Source of the DNA: Lama glama
Taxonomy: Eukaryota
Assembly (NCBI GenBank): GCA_028534125.1
Contig: CM052824.1
Coordinates: forward strand, 61,504,001-61,568,000
Length of the DNA stretch: 64,000 nt
Direction of reading: 5' to 3'
Shown here: one piece after another, positions 44,536-57,330 of the stretch
Layout of the letters: each line of letters starts with the position of its first letter
How positions within the stretch are numbered: the first letter of the stretch is position 1
Notes under the pieces: model-generated
The model's input: only the letters and a program-made list of their open reading frames with translations
Databases searched by the model: none
What the model was told of the DNA's origin: nothing
Translations under genes and position numbers: made by a program

Positions 44536-45549
44536 GGCGGGCCAGTGAGTGGTCCTGCAGCCTGGCTTTCCGCCGCCGGCGCAACTTGTTCCGGCCTGGG
44601 CTGGAGTTGGGTCTTGAGGGCGGGGGCCCGAGAGGCGCCTGGCCGCGCACCCGCCTTCCCCGCTACTGCGCCCCAGCTGGGCCACCTCGGATCACTGCCC
44701 AGCAGGCTGGCAGGGCCTCGGCTGCCTGAGACATGGTGCGGCCGGAGCTGCTATCGATCCCCTATCGACCTGCCGAGCGCCGCAGCTCCAGGGCCCTGGG
44801 GCTCCTTGGGGCGCCGGGCCACCTGCGCCCGCGCCCCCTCCGGCGTCCCCGCGCCCGGCTCGCTGGTGAGCCCGCTGGGTCGAGCTGGGCAGTGAGGAGT
44901 CGAGGAGCCTCAGGCCCTGCGCCCCGCCCCGCCCCGCCCGAGGGTCTCAGACCCCCGCCCCGCCCCGCTGCCCCAGCCGCGCACCCGCGTACTCTAGCGC
45001 GCGCCCGGCCGGCGGGGACTTGGGAGACTCGCGCCGCCGCCGCCGCCGCCACAACTTGGCCCATTTAAACGGCCCCGGCGCGGCGGGCGGGCGGCACGGG
45101 CTCCAGCAGGGGATGCGTGACGGTCGACTGGGCTCACGCGGGGCGCCGCGGGGCCGAAGGGGGCGACGCGACCCGGCTGCACCCCTGCCCTATTCCCGAG
45201 TGGGTGAGAATAGGAGGAAAGGAGACGGGGGTGGGGTGGGTATCGGGGGCGGATGCCAGCGAGACTCAGCTGACGGTTCTGTTGCTGAGGGAGTCACTGT
45301 TTGGGCGCCCCAGCTGGAGGCCCGGACTCCACGTGGGGTGGGGGCGGGCTCCTGGCTAAGGAGTTGATCTGGGATGGAATCGAACAGCTTGCCTGGCGGG
45401 TGTGTGTGAGCCAGCAGCTCTGGGTAGGTGGTGGGTATCAGTGGGGAGGGCGTGGGTGGTCTCCTCTGCGTCTACAGGGTGTGAGGCTGTGGGTTTGTGG
45501 TGGCTGGCCTCAGCAAATGTGTTGGTGAGGGTTCCTGGTCTGTGACTAA

Positions 45550-45742
45550 CAACATAACAATTCCATCGATTATTGCCAACTTACCATGCACTTCATACAC
45601 CTTAATTCACTTGATCACCCCAATATGAGTTTTCCCTTATTATCCCCATTTTATAGACAAAGAAGGTGAGAAACAAAGAGGTCAAGGAAACTGTTCTGAT
45701 GTCACACAGCTGTTTCAAATTCAGGCAATCTGACTCCAGGAC
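45550..45742 (-). mobile_element. MIR SINE
   Basis: attatccccattttatagac...gaggtcaag...gtcacacagct...ttcaaattcaggcaatctgactcca. Confidence 0.85.
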
Positions 45743-47629
45743 AGACAGTATCTGAGCCACGATGTGGGACAAGAAAGTGGGCTAGACCCAATCTCGGTGA
45801 GGGTGGGGGGTGTGGGGGGAGGAGGGGCAGCTGCATGTGGGATTGTGCACTTGAGCATATTTCTGTTCCCTACCATGTGCAGGTCTGGAGAAGAGGGACC
45901 TCTGCATCCACGTACACCTCTCTGACTTAGGGGAGCAGGTCAACTTAGGCTTAGGCCTGGAATGAGGGTGGCCTGTCCCCTGGTGATCAACCCATACCTC
46001 CTTGCACGTTGGCATGTCAGCTTGCAGTGGGATAATTAGGAAGAGAAACGAGAAACTTGGTAGCATTGATAATAGCTGGTAAGAGCCTTACCTGTCTCTA
46101 GTGTGTCATTTTGGACCAGATAGAAAGTAGCCTCAGATCCCAACCCAGTTCCCAGACCTCTGCCCCTGCCCTTCTGAGGTGCCCCTGGCAGGGCACTCAT
46201 GTGGGCATCTTCCTGGCCAGGCTCTAGGGGCTGAGTAGGATGACAGGGCTGTTTGCACCTTCTGCAAGGGAGGGGCTGGGAGAGAGGGCACACTCTACCC
46301 CACCCACCTCCTACCACACGCCAGCACCAGCTGGGAATGTTGCTGATCGTTGGGGAACACTCTCCTTCCCTTTGCTGCCTACCTCGTCTTCAGCTAAGGT
46401 ACGTGCCAGCTCCAAGACCAACCTGGGGAGCGAAGTCCGGGCTCAGACCAGGAATGTGTCTGCAAACCTCTGCCCCTCTATTCCTTGTACATCGGTCTGT
46501 GGGGGTTTAAGGGGCCAAGTGAGAATGTGGGTGTGAATGTCAGTAGCTCCCCCTTTACTTTACCACCCTCGGCCCCGTTGCTCTCTCTTTAGCCTGGACA
46601 CCTGTGCATATCTGACCGCAGGAGTGGTAGCTCGGGAGTTGCCCCCTACACCCACCCTTTGTGGCCCATGTCTTGCTTTCAGGTGTGATGCTTCCATGTC
46701 TAATGGATGCAGGAGACTGTCCCTGCCTGAGAGCCAGGGCCCACGGCAGAGCCGTCCTGTCAATCGGTTGTCATGGCCGGGTGTGGAGAGGCTGTCAGGG
46801 CTCAGTCAGAAGCCAGGTGGGATGGGCCCGTGTGCCCGTTGTCTGGCCACAGCCCTCCCCTGCTGCAACTCCACCCATCTCTTCTAATGTTTGCCTGCAT
46901 CTGTCCACTGAGCCTCAGACCTCCTAACCCCTGACCTTCATACTGTGGTCTGGGGAGGGAAGACTTGTGGAGCATATCTCGAGCTCTGAGAAGATACCAG
47001 GCAGCTGTCAGGCCAGGCCTCTCCTCTGTTCGGAGCTTGAGGAGGAGGGCCTCCCAACTCGTCTGCAGGACCACCCCTTACTCACCTCTGGCCTCTTCCA
47101 TCACACACCGGCCCACAGTAGTTAAAGAGTGGCATGGGAGGTCCCAACTCTGGCTTTCAGGGGAGGTGTCCAGCTGACAAGGTGTGGTGTTTGACCTAGC
47201 TCACCCAGCCTAACCTCCATGCCACCACCTGGTTCCACCCATCTCTGGGGGACCAGGGACCCCTCCTGAAAAGACCCTGACTGTGTCCAAAGCTCCCTGC
47301 AGGATCCCCTCTCCTCCAAGGCCACTCCCTGATTCCAAGGAGACTCTCTTCCAAGGGCTGCCTGGGGCCTTGGCTGATCAGGACAGTTCACCTCGACCCC
47401 ACTTGTTTCCCCCGTTCTTTGGAAATACGGGGCTACGGGGCTCAGAGTCACTTTACCGCGGGGACCAGGCATCCTCACCTGGACATCATATCTCTCCCGC
47501 TTACTCCAGCTTGTCCGCTTGTGTCCTGGTCTGGCACCTGGGCCCACACATTCCTCTGCACGTCTCACACTGGAGCCAGAGGCCAGAGAGACAGAATTTT
47601 GGCGCTAGAATCACCTGCCTCGCCTTCAG

Positions 47630-47970
47630 GTCTGGCCGCACTCCCGGAGAACGCAGGTGGGGTCGGCGGCCATAGCCCCTCCTCTGTTCTGCAGAGGTCC
47701 CGCCCCCGCCTGCCTGCTGAGCCTCGGCGGCTCCATCGCTGCTCGAGGTACCCCTCGCTCGGGGCCCTGCGCCGCTGCTGCCGCCAGGGAGGGAAAGGGG
47801 ATCATAAATAACCCGCGGGGCGGCGCGGGCCTGCGGTACAGACGGTGACCCGAGACGTCCCCGGGGAGCGCGGGGGCGGCCCGCAGACCCTGCTGCCCCC
47901 AACCCAGGCTCGGCCAGCCTTGACCACCCCCTCTGGCGCTGCCTGGCGCTGTTCACTGTTGGCGCCCCTG
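47630..47970. promoter_or_regulatory. Small CpG island upstream of SAMD11
   Basis: CpG-rich patch with central ATCATAAATAA. Confidence 0.55.
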
Positions 47971-50900
47971 CCAGAGCCCTCCCTCCCATCATGGAGTGTC
48001 TGCCTGCCCCCTCTCCAGACCGCCCCCTTAGAGCCCCCTTTTCACCCATTCCTTCATCAATCAATCATTTATTGAGCACCAGATGTGGTGAAACCCCAGG
48101 AAGAGAGACCCAGAGGTGAGGCTGGGAGAAGAGAATGCTGCAGAGGAAAACAGTGTGTCTCTGAGAGGACAGGTGCAGAGCCACGCCTGCCCCCTCACCC
48201 TCCGTTTTCCTGTGCTCACCCAGGTGACTGAGGGGGTGGGAGAGCAGGCCCAGACCTGCCCAGACACAGGAAGGTATGCAAGGACTGATAACAGGGGCCC
48301 CACAGGTGGGCACAGCTGACACTGAGCTGTGAGGAGGAAGCACAGACATCCATGTTCCCATACAGGCACCCACAGTGACCAACAGATGCATGCATTCTCA
48401 AAAGCACACAGACAATAGCCCACACGTACTCACACCCATATGCATGCACAGCAGCTCCCGAAGTTGCTCACACAGGACAGGTGCACGCACAGATGCTGAC
48501 ATTCTCGCCACTAACATGCAGAGTATGTGCTAACTTACACAACAGCCAAGACGGAAGATACCACCAAGACCTGTGGGCAAAACACACACAGACACACAGG
48601 CCTGCAGCGTGAGTGCCAGATGGATACAGTTGTCATGCCCAAGACAGCTTGTCTGGTGCGAGGGTCTGGTTTGCAGCACTGTTCCACCAGGAAGGGTTAA
48701 CCTGGGAGGTCAGAGGTTAGTGGCAAATCAGCTGGGGCTCCTTCAGACACCTCTGCAAGTGTGGTCAGAGCGGAATATGTCTGTTCCTGTCTCCAGGTCA
48801 GACACAGGGGGCAGGGGGGGCTGTCCTGCTGGGACACATGCCTTGCCTTTGGCCAGCCATGAGCTGAGTGCAGCTCATGCCATCTCTCTCTCTTAGGAAA
48901 GGAGAAGGTGTTTCTGAGGTTAGTCTGTCCACTGACTTTAACTTATGCCATTTAAAGAAGCAAAGAATTAGGGCCTGGGTACTCAGACTTGGGGCACCCA
49001 CAGAGCACACACTATCAGTCACATGTACCGTGCTATCCACCTGCCACGGGACACATGCTGGCATATTCACACCTTTCTGATGCGAGCCCAGTGACATGCA
49101 TGTGCCCGACACACCACGGGGTGCACCATACGCTGGTGCCGTCACAGAGGACGCTGCTGTCTGTCGATACGGGTGGGATCATTGGCCACCGCTGGCTCCG
49201 CAGGCCTGGCCCCTTCTCAAGAGGCATGGAAACAGCTGCTTGCTGGCATCACTGGGGGCAGGGAGCGGGCCCTCCTTAGGGCAGCCTGCTTGGTGCAGGG
49301 CCCCACCTGGGGCCTGGGCTGTGCTGGGGTAGGCTGATGTGGGCAGGAGAGAAAGCAGACCCTGCCGTGGCCTGAGACTTGTGTTCTCCTGGCCGGCCAC
49401 TGGGTGACACAGCCCTCTCTGCCCTTATTGGGACCTTGGTTTTCCCATCTGAAAATGAGAGAGCAGCTCAAAATATGTGGGATCCTCTTTGGCTTGGAGC
49501 AGAGCAGTCAGGGCGAAGTGTGGCTGCAAGCGCCCTGGCCAGCACAATGAGACAGGCATGCATGCCTCACCTGCTTCCTCTATAAACATGCCCAGAGTGC
49601 AGGAGCTGGGGGCTCCTCCGAGAGTAGGGCCACGCTGAGGGAAGAAATAGAATCCTCCAGGGCTCCTTGAGACACCAGGCTGTGCTGTCCTCAGCCACAG
49701 GGCACTCGTCAGGTCCCCTGGGGCTATAGGAGTGAGTATTAGGGAGCTCTCTGGGCTCTCTGCCAGGCTGCTAGGTGGAAGTTGAAGAAGAGGGGACATC
49801 CAGGCAGGGACCCTCGAGGCAGAGAGAAGCTGGCATTGAGGTGCCAGTTGCGGGAGGGCTGAGGAGGGGTGGTGGAAGTCACTGCCCTCAGGCCCAGATC
49901 TGAGAGGCTCCCAGGTTGCACAAGGAGTCCAGACTGGCCCAGAAGTGACTGTTTATATGTCAGCCTTCCTGCTGAATATGAGCTCCCTGCAAGCAGGACC
50001 TTGGGCTGTTCTCTGATGCACCCACGTGTCAGTGTTTGAGGACTGTACATGGGGCCATCCCAGTGTGGCCCACCGTCAGGCCAGCTTGGTCTCCCCAGCA
50101 GGGGGCAGCTCCACCCCTGCTCACCTCTTCTCCCAGCACCTGCCCTCTGGGCTTCTGCCCAGGCAGGACTTTGAATACCCTCCCGTCCGCAGAAGCATTT
50201 CAAGAAGTTGGCCACAGACATCCTCTTCACCAGAGATTTCGGTGCCTGCTGGTGACGTGGGGGTGGCACAGGGGCCCCGTGGTGGGTCCCATGCAACCGG
50301 AGCAGCCAGGCTTGCACCTGCTCCTGTGTGAAGGAGCAGACACAGACCCGTGGAAAGGTCTCAGAGATACTGCACCCCAAGTGCAGGCTGTGACTGCTTG
50401 AGACCTCCTGAGCCCTGTCCCATGTTCCTCCCATGAAGGGCCATCTGTGTGGCACATGGAGAGGTCACAGGCATTTTGTTCTCTGGGGCCTTATAGGGCA
50501 GAACTCAGCACAGGGGAAGCAGACTGAAATCTCCAAATAAAGAAAAACAGCCAGTTACTAGAAACGGCCTCCACTGTGTCCTAGGTAATGAGCTCCTTGT
50601 TTAGAACCAGCCCTGGAGAGCCTGACAGAGACGGTGGGGGTGCAGCAGCCCAGGTGCAGGTCCCAGCGCACAGGTAGAGCCCATTACATGGACACTTACC
50701 TTTGCCCCAGTGTGGCCTGGGTTTCCGTAGCACGTGACAGGGAATGGCAACTTGCTCGTGGGCACACAACACAGTGGGAACATGCACATGGGTGCAAGAC
50801 ATGGGTCACAGAATGACCCCCGCGCCTCTGCACACACCCCACTTACCCCCTCTAGTTGCTGTCTAGGGTGTCTCGAAGCCAATAAGTGAGACCAGGGGTA

Positions 50901-52971
50901 TTGAGGAGCCTCACGTAAACCCCAGTTGCTCTGGGTTCCTGTCCATTTTTCTTTATTTAATGAAACTTGCACCTCAGCAGAATTCATGGGGTTCCACTTT
51001 ACAGTTAGCTGTATATTTTAGGATCTCTTCCACCTGTGCCCCAGCAGGATTGCAGCTCTGCATCTGCCTGCACCAGGAGGAGGTCGGATGGTCTGAGTTT
51101 CCCTCATGCACCATCCCACTGTCAGGGCACCTGGAGGTCCAACAATCACCGTGTCAGCATTGATTTGTCTGTCAGGGATTTTCAGAAGTAGAGAGCTGAG
51201 GTGGACAATGAGTTTACTGTTTCCCTTCACATCTCTGGCCCAGGCTGGCTGTCTGAGGTCATAGACTTAGCCTGACCCCATCCAAGGCCAAGTTCTGGGT
51301 GCCCATTGCTAACGGGCCCATTTCTCCAGGGCAGGTTGAGTCAGTGGCATCCTTTGGGCTGCTCTCTCTGAGCGTGGCCTGCTGAGCCTTCCATGAGGCT
51401 TCTCGTCTTCTGTGCTGATGTCTGGGGTGGGGGCGCAATGGGCGACCCTAGGATGCACAAGCCCCTGGGGTTATGCATGGTTCCCCAGGTTTGGCCCCAG
51501 AAGTGGGTGGGGCAATGGGCCCAGCCTGGTACTAGCTGAGCAGAGCCCATGTGCAGGGGCCAAACTAGACCTACCATGGCCAGGGGAGGGCAGCAACTCC
51601 AGGTCTCTGTCTGAGGACAGGACCTGACGCTTTTCCCAGGGCTTTTTAACGAAGTCCCAGGTTGGCCCTGGGGTCTTCCCACCTGCAGACTGGGGAACTG
51701 GGCAGACTGCTTGGAGGCCACTGAGAAGTGGGAGGAGAAAGGCAGTGGGCAGGACTAGGGGTAGTCTGAGGCATTTCCACCTCTGCGTAGAGGAGTGAGG
51801 CATCTCCAAATGTGAGGGCCTTACTCCCTGCCAGGTCGGAGGGGCCTGACCACTGACGCTCCTGTGTGCAAGCAGGTGTTCTTGACGAGACGTGAGAGTT
51901 TGCCCCATGTCAGCAGTGGGGTAACTTTGTGTCTGAAGTCCAGTGGGTACACATGGGCCGCTGAGACCCTGAGGCCTCAGAGCTGTGACAGGTGATTCTA
52001 AACTGGGAAAGGGCTAAGCTAGGACTTGGGCTGGGTCAGCCCATCTTCCAGGGGGAACGTGGCCTTCAGCACACTTGTCAGCTTCTGGTTGATGCTCGTG
52101 TTCTGTTTCATGGTTCTGTCCCACTCTGGCCTCAACATGTTGGGATTTTTCTTAGTGCTTCCACTTGGTGACTTGTGTGTTTGATGAGCCCCACTTGTGG
52201 GCATGTGCCCTGAGACCCTCTTCTCAGATTAGCATCCCGTTCACTCACTTCTCAGTCCTTCCTTCAGGACCCTCTACCTCGCCCACCCCTCAGACATAGG
52301 CCGGCTGTGTGGGTGAGTGGATGAAGGATGGACAGGTCAAGGGGTGAGTGGTGGCTTCCACCCCAGGCACTCTTCTCTTCCTTATGAACTTCTGTGGTTT
52401 CCTTTGCCAATTATGACCCACAAATCTAGCTTCAGTCCAGACACTAAAGAGTCTAAAATTAGCTGTATGTGTCCACTTCATGGTCTCTGGAACTCCTTTC
52501 CCACTACTGTGTTAGCACTGCTCGGCTTCTCGTCACCCAGAGACTACCCTGACCCTAACCCAGAGACTACCCTAACCCTAACCAAGCAGCAAGCCTCATC
52601 TGTGATTCTTCCTAGATCCACTCCCTCCGGGTGACCTGCCCGGCCCCTCTCACTTGTCATTACTTCTGTGACACCCCCAGACTCTGCCTCTGCTTGCCCG
52701 GCGCCTGGCCGTCTTGCTCTCTGGGCTGCCCGGGGAGCAGCCCAGGGTGCCTGCCGTCTAGGCCCTGCCTCTGCTCCAGGGCCCGGGTTTCAGTCTCTGT
52801 CCTCCCTCAGTGTCTGAGCACAGCTGAGTGGTTGCCTATGCCCAGGAGCCCCCCTCCCTGTATCACTGTTCTGCAGCCAGCCAGGGCCCCATTACGACTT
52901 GTGCACAATCTTTTGTCTTTTTGTCTCCCCTCCATTAAAGGCTAATATAGTCCATACTAGATTCAGTGTTT

Positions 52972-53023
52972 TCTTTTTTAACATTTTTTATTGAGTTATA
53001 GTCATTTTACAATGTTGTGTCAA
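52972..53023 (-). mobile_element. Extremely 5'-truncated young L1 (3' end only) with 14-bp target-site duplication
   Basis: TSD tagattcagtgttt at 52958-52971 and 53024-53037; the insert reads ttgacacaacattgtaaaatgactataactcAATAAAaaatgttaaaaaaga on the minus strand. Confidence 0.88.
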
Positions 53024-54769
53024 TAGATTCAGTGTTTAATATTCATTATTATTATATTCTTTTCCCCTTTTGTCTTTAAAGGAAGTGAAAATGTGAGTAT
53101 TTTTGTGGTCCTTAAAATCCCAGGGGTCCAGGAGCTGCGCCTGCTGTGCCTGGTGGTGACATCGGCCGTGCTGCCACCTGCTCATCTTCAAGACTCACAG
53201 CAGCACCCCCCACCCCGGAAGCCTCCCAGGACCACCTTCCTCTCCTGTTAGGGCCCTGCTGTACGCCCCAAACACCAACATATACTCTAGTCCCACAGGT
53301 TTCCTTTTATGCTGCCATGGTCCTGGGCAGGTGAAGGCTCTGAGGTGCTCCAGCCGGACTGAATTCAGAGTGTTTGAGGAACAGGGTGCTGGTGGCTCAG
53401 GAGGGCCAGGTGGAGCCCCCTCGGGGGTGCTGATTTGGGTGCCTTCACTGAGAGGTGATGCGGGCAGGCTGGTCCAGAAGCTGGACTGGAAGTTTGGGGA
53501 GCAGGGGAAGGGAATGTTGACAGAGACTGAGTTTTTGAAGAAAGACCTGGCCTCCAGAGAGGGGCAAGCAAGGGCAGCAGACACCATCCTCCAGTGCTGG
53601 GTGGGCAGCAGGAACGCAGACCCAGCGTGGCCCTAGTAGCTGCCAAGGCCTCCCCATGTCAGTCTCTGGGGACCCTGGTGGGGATGTGTCTGCATCTGCA
53701 AGCAGAGCTGGGCCAGGCCACCACACCTCTGGGGCAGGGGCCTGAGCTCCCTCCCGCAGTGCTGCCTCCTCCAGTGCCTCGGCCGCCAGCGTTCCCAGGC
53801 AGGTCCAGCTGCCTCTGTAACCCCTGGCCCCACTCTGGCTCTGGCCAGGCTCCCAGAGGTCCACCACGGAGGGAGTGGCACACCCAGACATGCCTGGGTA
53901 CACATGGTGTCTTCATCGTGACCTTCCAGTGCCCAGCCTGGGGGCCCAGCAATGGCTGTTCACTCTGGTGCCATGGGAGTGGGAGTCCAGGGGGTGCCCA
54001 GGTACCTGAGGCCTGCTCATGACAACTGGAGAGCCCTCTGAACAGCACGGGAGGATTCCAGAGCAGAGACCTCCCTCCCCTACCCCACCCCCACTGCCTG
54101 CAGCACTGAGGCCAAGACTAATAAAACACCCACCTCACAGGAGACAGCTTTATCTTGTTGATCGGAAGTCTGCCAGCCCAATTTATGATGGAACATAAGC
54201 TCTCCAAATCTGAATTTATGCGCTGTAGTATAACGGAGGTCAATGAGATTAGAAGTGGGCTCATGAGAGGACCACAGGCAGCTCCCTCCTCAGTGCTGCC
54301 ACAGAAAACCTCGCCGCCCCTGGGCCCAGCAGCAGGACAAGAAAAGGGAGGGCAGGGGAGAGACCAGCCCTGTGAGCCTGCCATGAGAAGGGGAAGAGGA
54401 CAGGAGGTATGCAGGAGAGGCAGATGGAGTGGGGCACAGGGCAAGGCCAGAGGCTGGCCCAGGCCGGCCCTGGATGGGCCGGCCTGGACCATCATGGCGA
54501 TGGGGTGAGTGCCTGCAGACAAGGAGGAGGACAGGGAGGGAGCAGAGGGTTTTCCTCAGGGACGAGGGAGCTTTCTCCCACCTCTACGTCCCTGTAGAAC
54601 AGGCAGGAGATGGCCCTGAGGTCGGCTGAAGTTCAGAGTTCTGACCCTGGCCCGGGATCCACTGTCTGACGAGGTTGTGGAGGCGCACTTCCACTCAGGT
54701 CTTGCAGCTCAGGCCCATCTCCCCGCCCCCCTCCAACCCTTTCTGTCTTCAGTACCTCCTTGGCGTCCT

Positions 54770-54771
54770 GG

Positions 54772-54802
<31 letters not shown>
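54770..54802 (+). repeat. (GGGTGA)5 hexamer repeat
   Basis: Directly visible. Confidence 0.92.
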
Positions 54803-56214
54803 AGGGGTGCGCTCTGTCCAGGTGGGGGCCTGGGCACTGGCCAGCTTGAGGCTGGCTTTCTGAGCTCAGGCTAGACCCTGACTTCAGAATTTATACAAAT
54901 AAACGAAATGAAAAGTGCTGGCAACCCCGATCTGATTACAGAGTCATTCATTCTCTGGTCGTTAATAATTTGTGCAATAAAGGATTGCGGCCACTTGAGT
55001 GAGGAGGAGGCGGTGGCCCAGCCTTCCCTCGGCGCCGGGGCTGCGAGAGCTGGAAACATAAATTATTAGTTTCTTATCGCTCAGCCTGCCATCGCTCATG
55101 CTGCCAGGGGCCTGGCAGGAGCCGGCAGCCGTCTTGCCGCCTGCCTGGGCCTGGCTCCCAGCTGCTGCTTGTTGTGGAGACTCTGGTGGGGGAGCCCTCA
55201 TCATCCTTTCTCTAGCCCCTCAGTGGCGGGATCCCCGGAGACTCGGTGCCAAGGCTGACTCTGAGCAGGAGGAGCTGTGGGGCTTTAGCTCTCGTGCTCT
55301 GAGCCTCAGACCTGCTCTCTCTGCAAGCGAAGCCCGAGCACTGGAGCGTGGTGAAGCAGCCCCCCATGCCCGGCCCATGGCATTTGCTCAGTAAGGGCAG
55401 TGGTCATCGTCATCGACACAGCAGGGGCCCACACACCACCTCCTGCCCAACCCCTGGCCAGGCGGAAGGAAAAGTCAGTGTCTGGGTTTGGGTCACCTCT
55501 TCCAGGTGTTTCTGTGCCTTCCTGGGTGGAGCTCAGAGCAAGCACCTGTATCTGAGTGTGCATCCTTGCAGGCATGGCATTCACTCCCTGGCCCACTGTG
55601 ACTTCCTGTGTCCAGCACCAGACTCCTGGTCAGGCAGGTATGCATCGAGCAGTCTAGACATGGGGTTAGTGCTGACTGAGGTGTCCAGTGTCTGAGCCAA
55701 AACAGAGAGGGGTTGGGTCGGGGTGGCGGGGGGCGCATGTGCTGTGCCCCTGGGCTGGGCATCTGCGCCCCCAGATGGAGCTGTTGAGGTGTGCAGAGGT
55801 GGGGCTGAACGCAGAGGCCCCAGACCCCAGAGTGCTCCAGCCCAAGTGGTGATTAAGGCAATTACAGTAATTACAGAATGATAGAAATGAGCACCCTTGG
55901 TCTGGGTTCCCACCCCCAAGCTGGGAAGGCTGAGGCTGAGGCTGAGGCAAGGGCGGGAAGCTGGGCTGTTGGTCTCCGGACTCCAGATGTCCTGGACGGA
56001 GGAAGTGGCAGGACAGGGCCTGGGTGCTGACATTATCTCCTGCCAGCTGATGTTGCTGGACCCAAGCTCTGATGTGCCTCCCTGTCTTGGCTTGCTTCCT
56101 AGGGGACTGGGCTACCCTAAGCCTACCTTGAACCTGCCAGGTTGGCAAGACCTGGTGGTCAGGGGTGTGCGGCATGGTGTCTGAGGCTTCATGCCCAGGA
56201 TGCTGTGCCCACCA

Positions 56215-56330
56215 CTTGCTGGCAGCGTGGCCACGGGAGGACCTTGCACCTCTCTGAGCCCCAGTCTGTAAAAAGGGTATAAAAATTAAACACAAGTATG
56301 TGTTTTGAGCACCTATTGTGTGCCAGGCAC
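56215..56330 (+). mobile_element. MIR fragment followed by an L2-tail-like piece
   Basis: cttgcacctctctgagccccagtctgtaaaaagggtata, then ttgagcacctattgtgtgccaggcac. Confidence 0.55.
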
Positions 56331-56439
56331 CCCAGGTCTGTGTGGGATGGGATGTGCGTGCTGAGCAGCTCCGCAGGGTCTGGCCCTGAGCCCACACCCA
56401 CCGTGCAGAGATCTTACTCTGTTCGTGTCCAGGCTTTCC

Positions 56440-57330
56440 TCTTTCTTCCCATGACTGACTCCTTCTTAGCAGCCTCCATTTTTGCTCCAGATGCATTCAG
56501 TCTGTCCTCTGGCTTCTCTGACACCTGGGTACAGTTGTAGCAAACGCTTTCGTGTCCTGGTGCGCTCATCCTTTCATCCAATCATTTCTGGGTGAGCATC
56601 AACTGATTGGTTTTCCTTTTCATTTTGGGTCATGTTCTCCTGTCTCTGTGCAGGCCTGGTGGTTTTTGATTGGGTGACCAGAATTGTGGGTTTTACTGGG
56701 AGATGTATATTTTCATAAACATCCTTGCACTTTGCTCTGGACGTCAGAAGTCACCTGGCAGCAGTGTGGTCCCTTTAGTTCTTACGTTTAAGCTTTGCTG
56801 GGAGAACCAGAGCAGCCTTTAGTCTTGAGCCAATTTTGTCCCACTTTACTGTGGCAAGACTCACTTGGTAGTCTGCCCCAGTTTAAGATCTTCTGGCCTG
56901 GCTGTTGGAATGAGCACTGTCACAGGCCTGTGCGCGCTCGGGACCGGACTTCCCCGATCCTCTCGGTGGTTCTCTCCCGGCCTCCAGCACGCTCCTCACA
57001 CCACACGCTGATCCCTGCTCTGCAGACTCTGTGGCTCTCTCCTCTCTGGTGCTCCATCCTGCAAACTCTTGCTGCCTGGGCTTCCTGGGACTCCCAGCTC
57101 CGTGTCTGCCCTCTGGGGACCCCTGAATCCGCCTGGGTCCTCTGCTGGTGCTGCAGCTGGAAGCTCTGGAGGCACTGTCTGGTGGTCACAGGGCTCACCA
57201 CCATTGTTCCTGCCTCCCGGGGCTCCCCATCCTTCAACATCTGATGTGTCTCAACGGCCACTGTTTCCTGTATTTTATCTGGTGTTTGAGTTATTTCTGG
57301 AAGGAGGGTAAGTCTGGCTGCACTGTCTTG
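56440..57330 (-). mobile_element. Old L1 (L1M-type) fragment
   Basis: tgggtcatgttctcctgtctctgtgcaggcctggtggtttttgattgggtgaccagaattgtgggttttac resembles antisense ancient L1; boundaries approximate. Confidence 0.6.

Larger units (their letters stand above)
42780..45200. promoter_or_regulatory. Large CpG island over SAMD11 promoter and exons 1-2
   Basis: CpG-dense; TATA-like TTTAAAT at 45069-45063 (minus), followed by (GGC)6 near the likely TSS at about 45045. Confidence 0.85.

Noticed and set aside
43627-44685. Long ORFs spanning the N run and an N-terminal extension upstream of MPAVKK
   Set aside because: Lengths are inflated by Ns, and the extension starts at a non-ATG codon without support.
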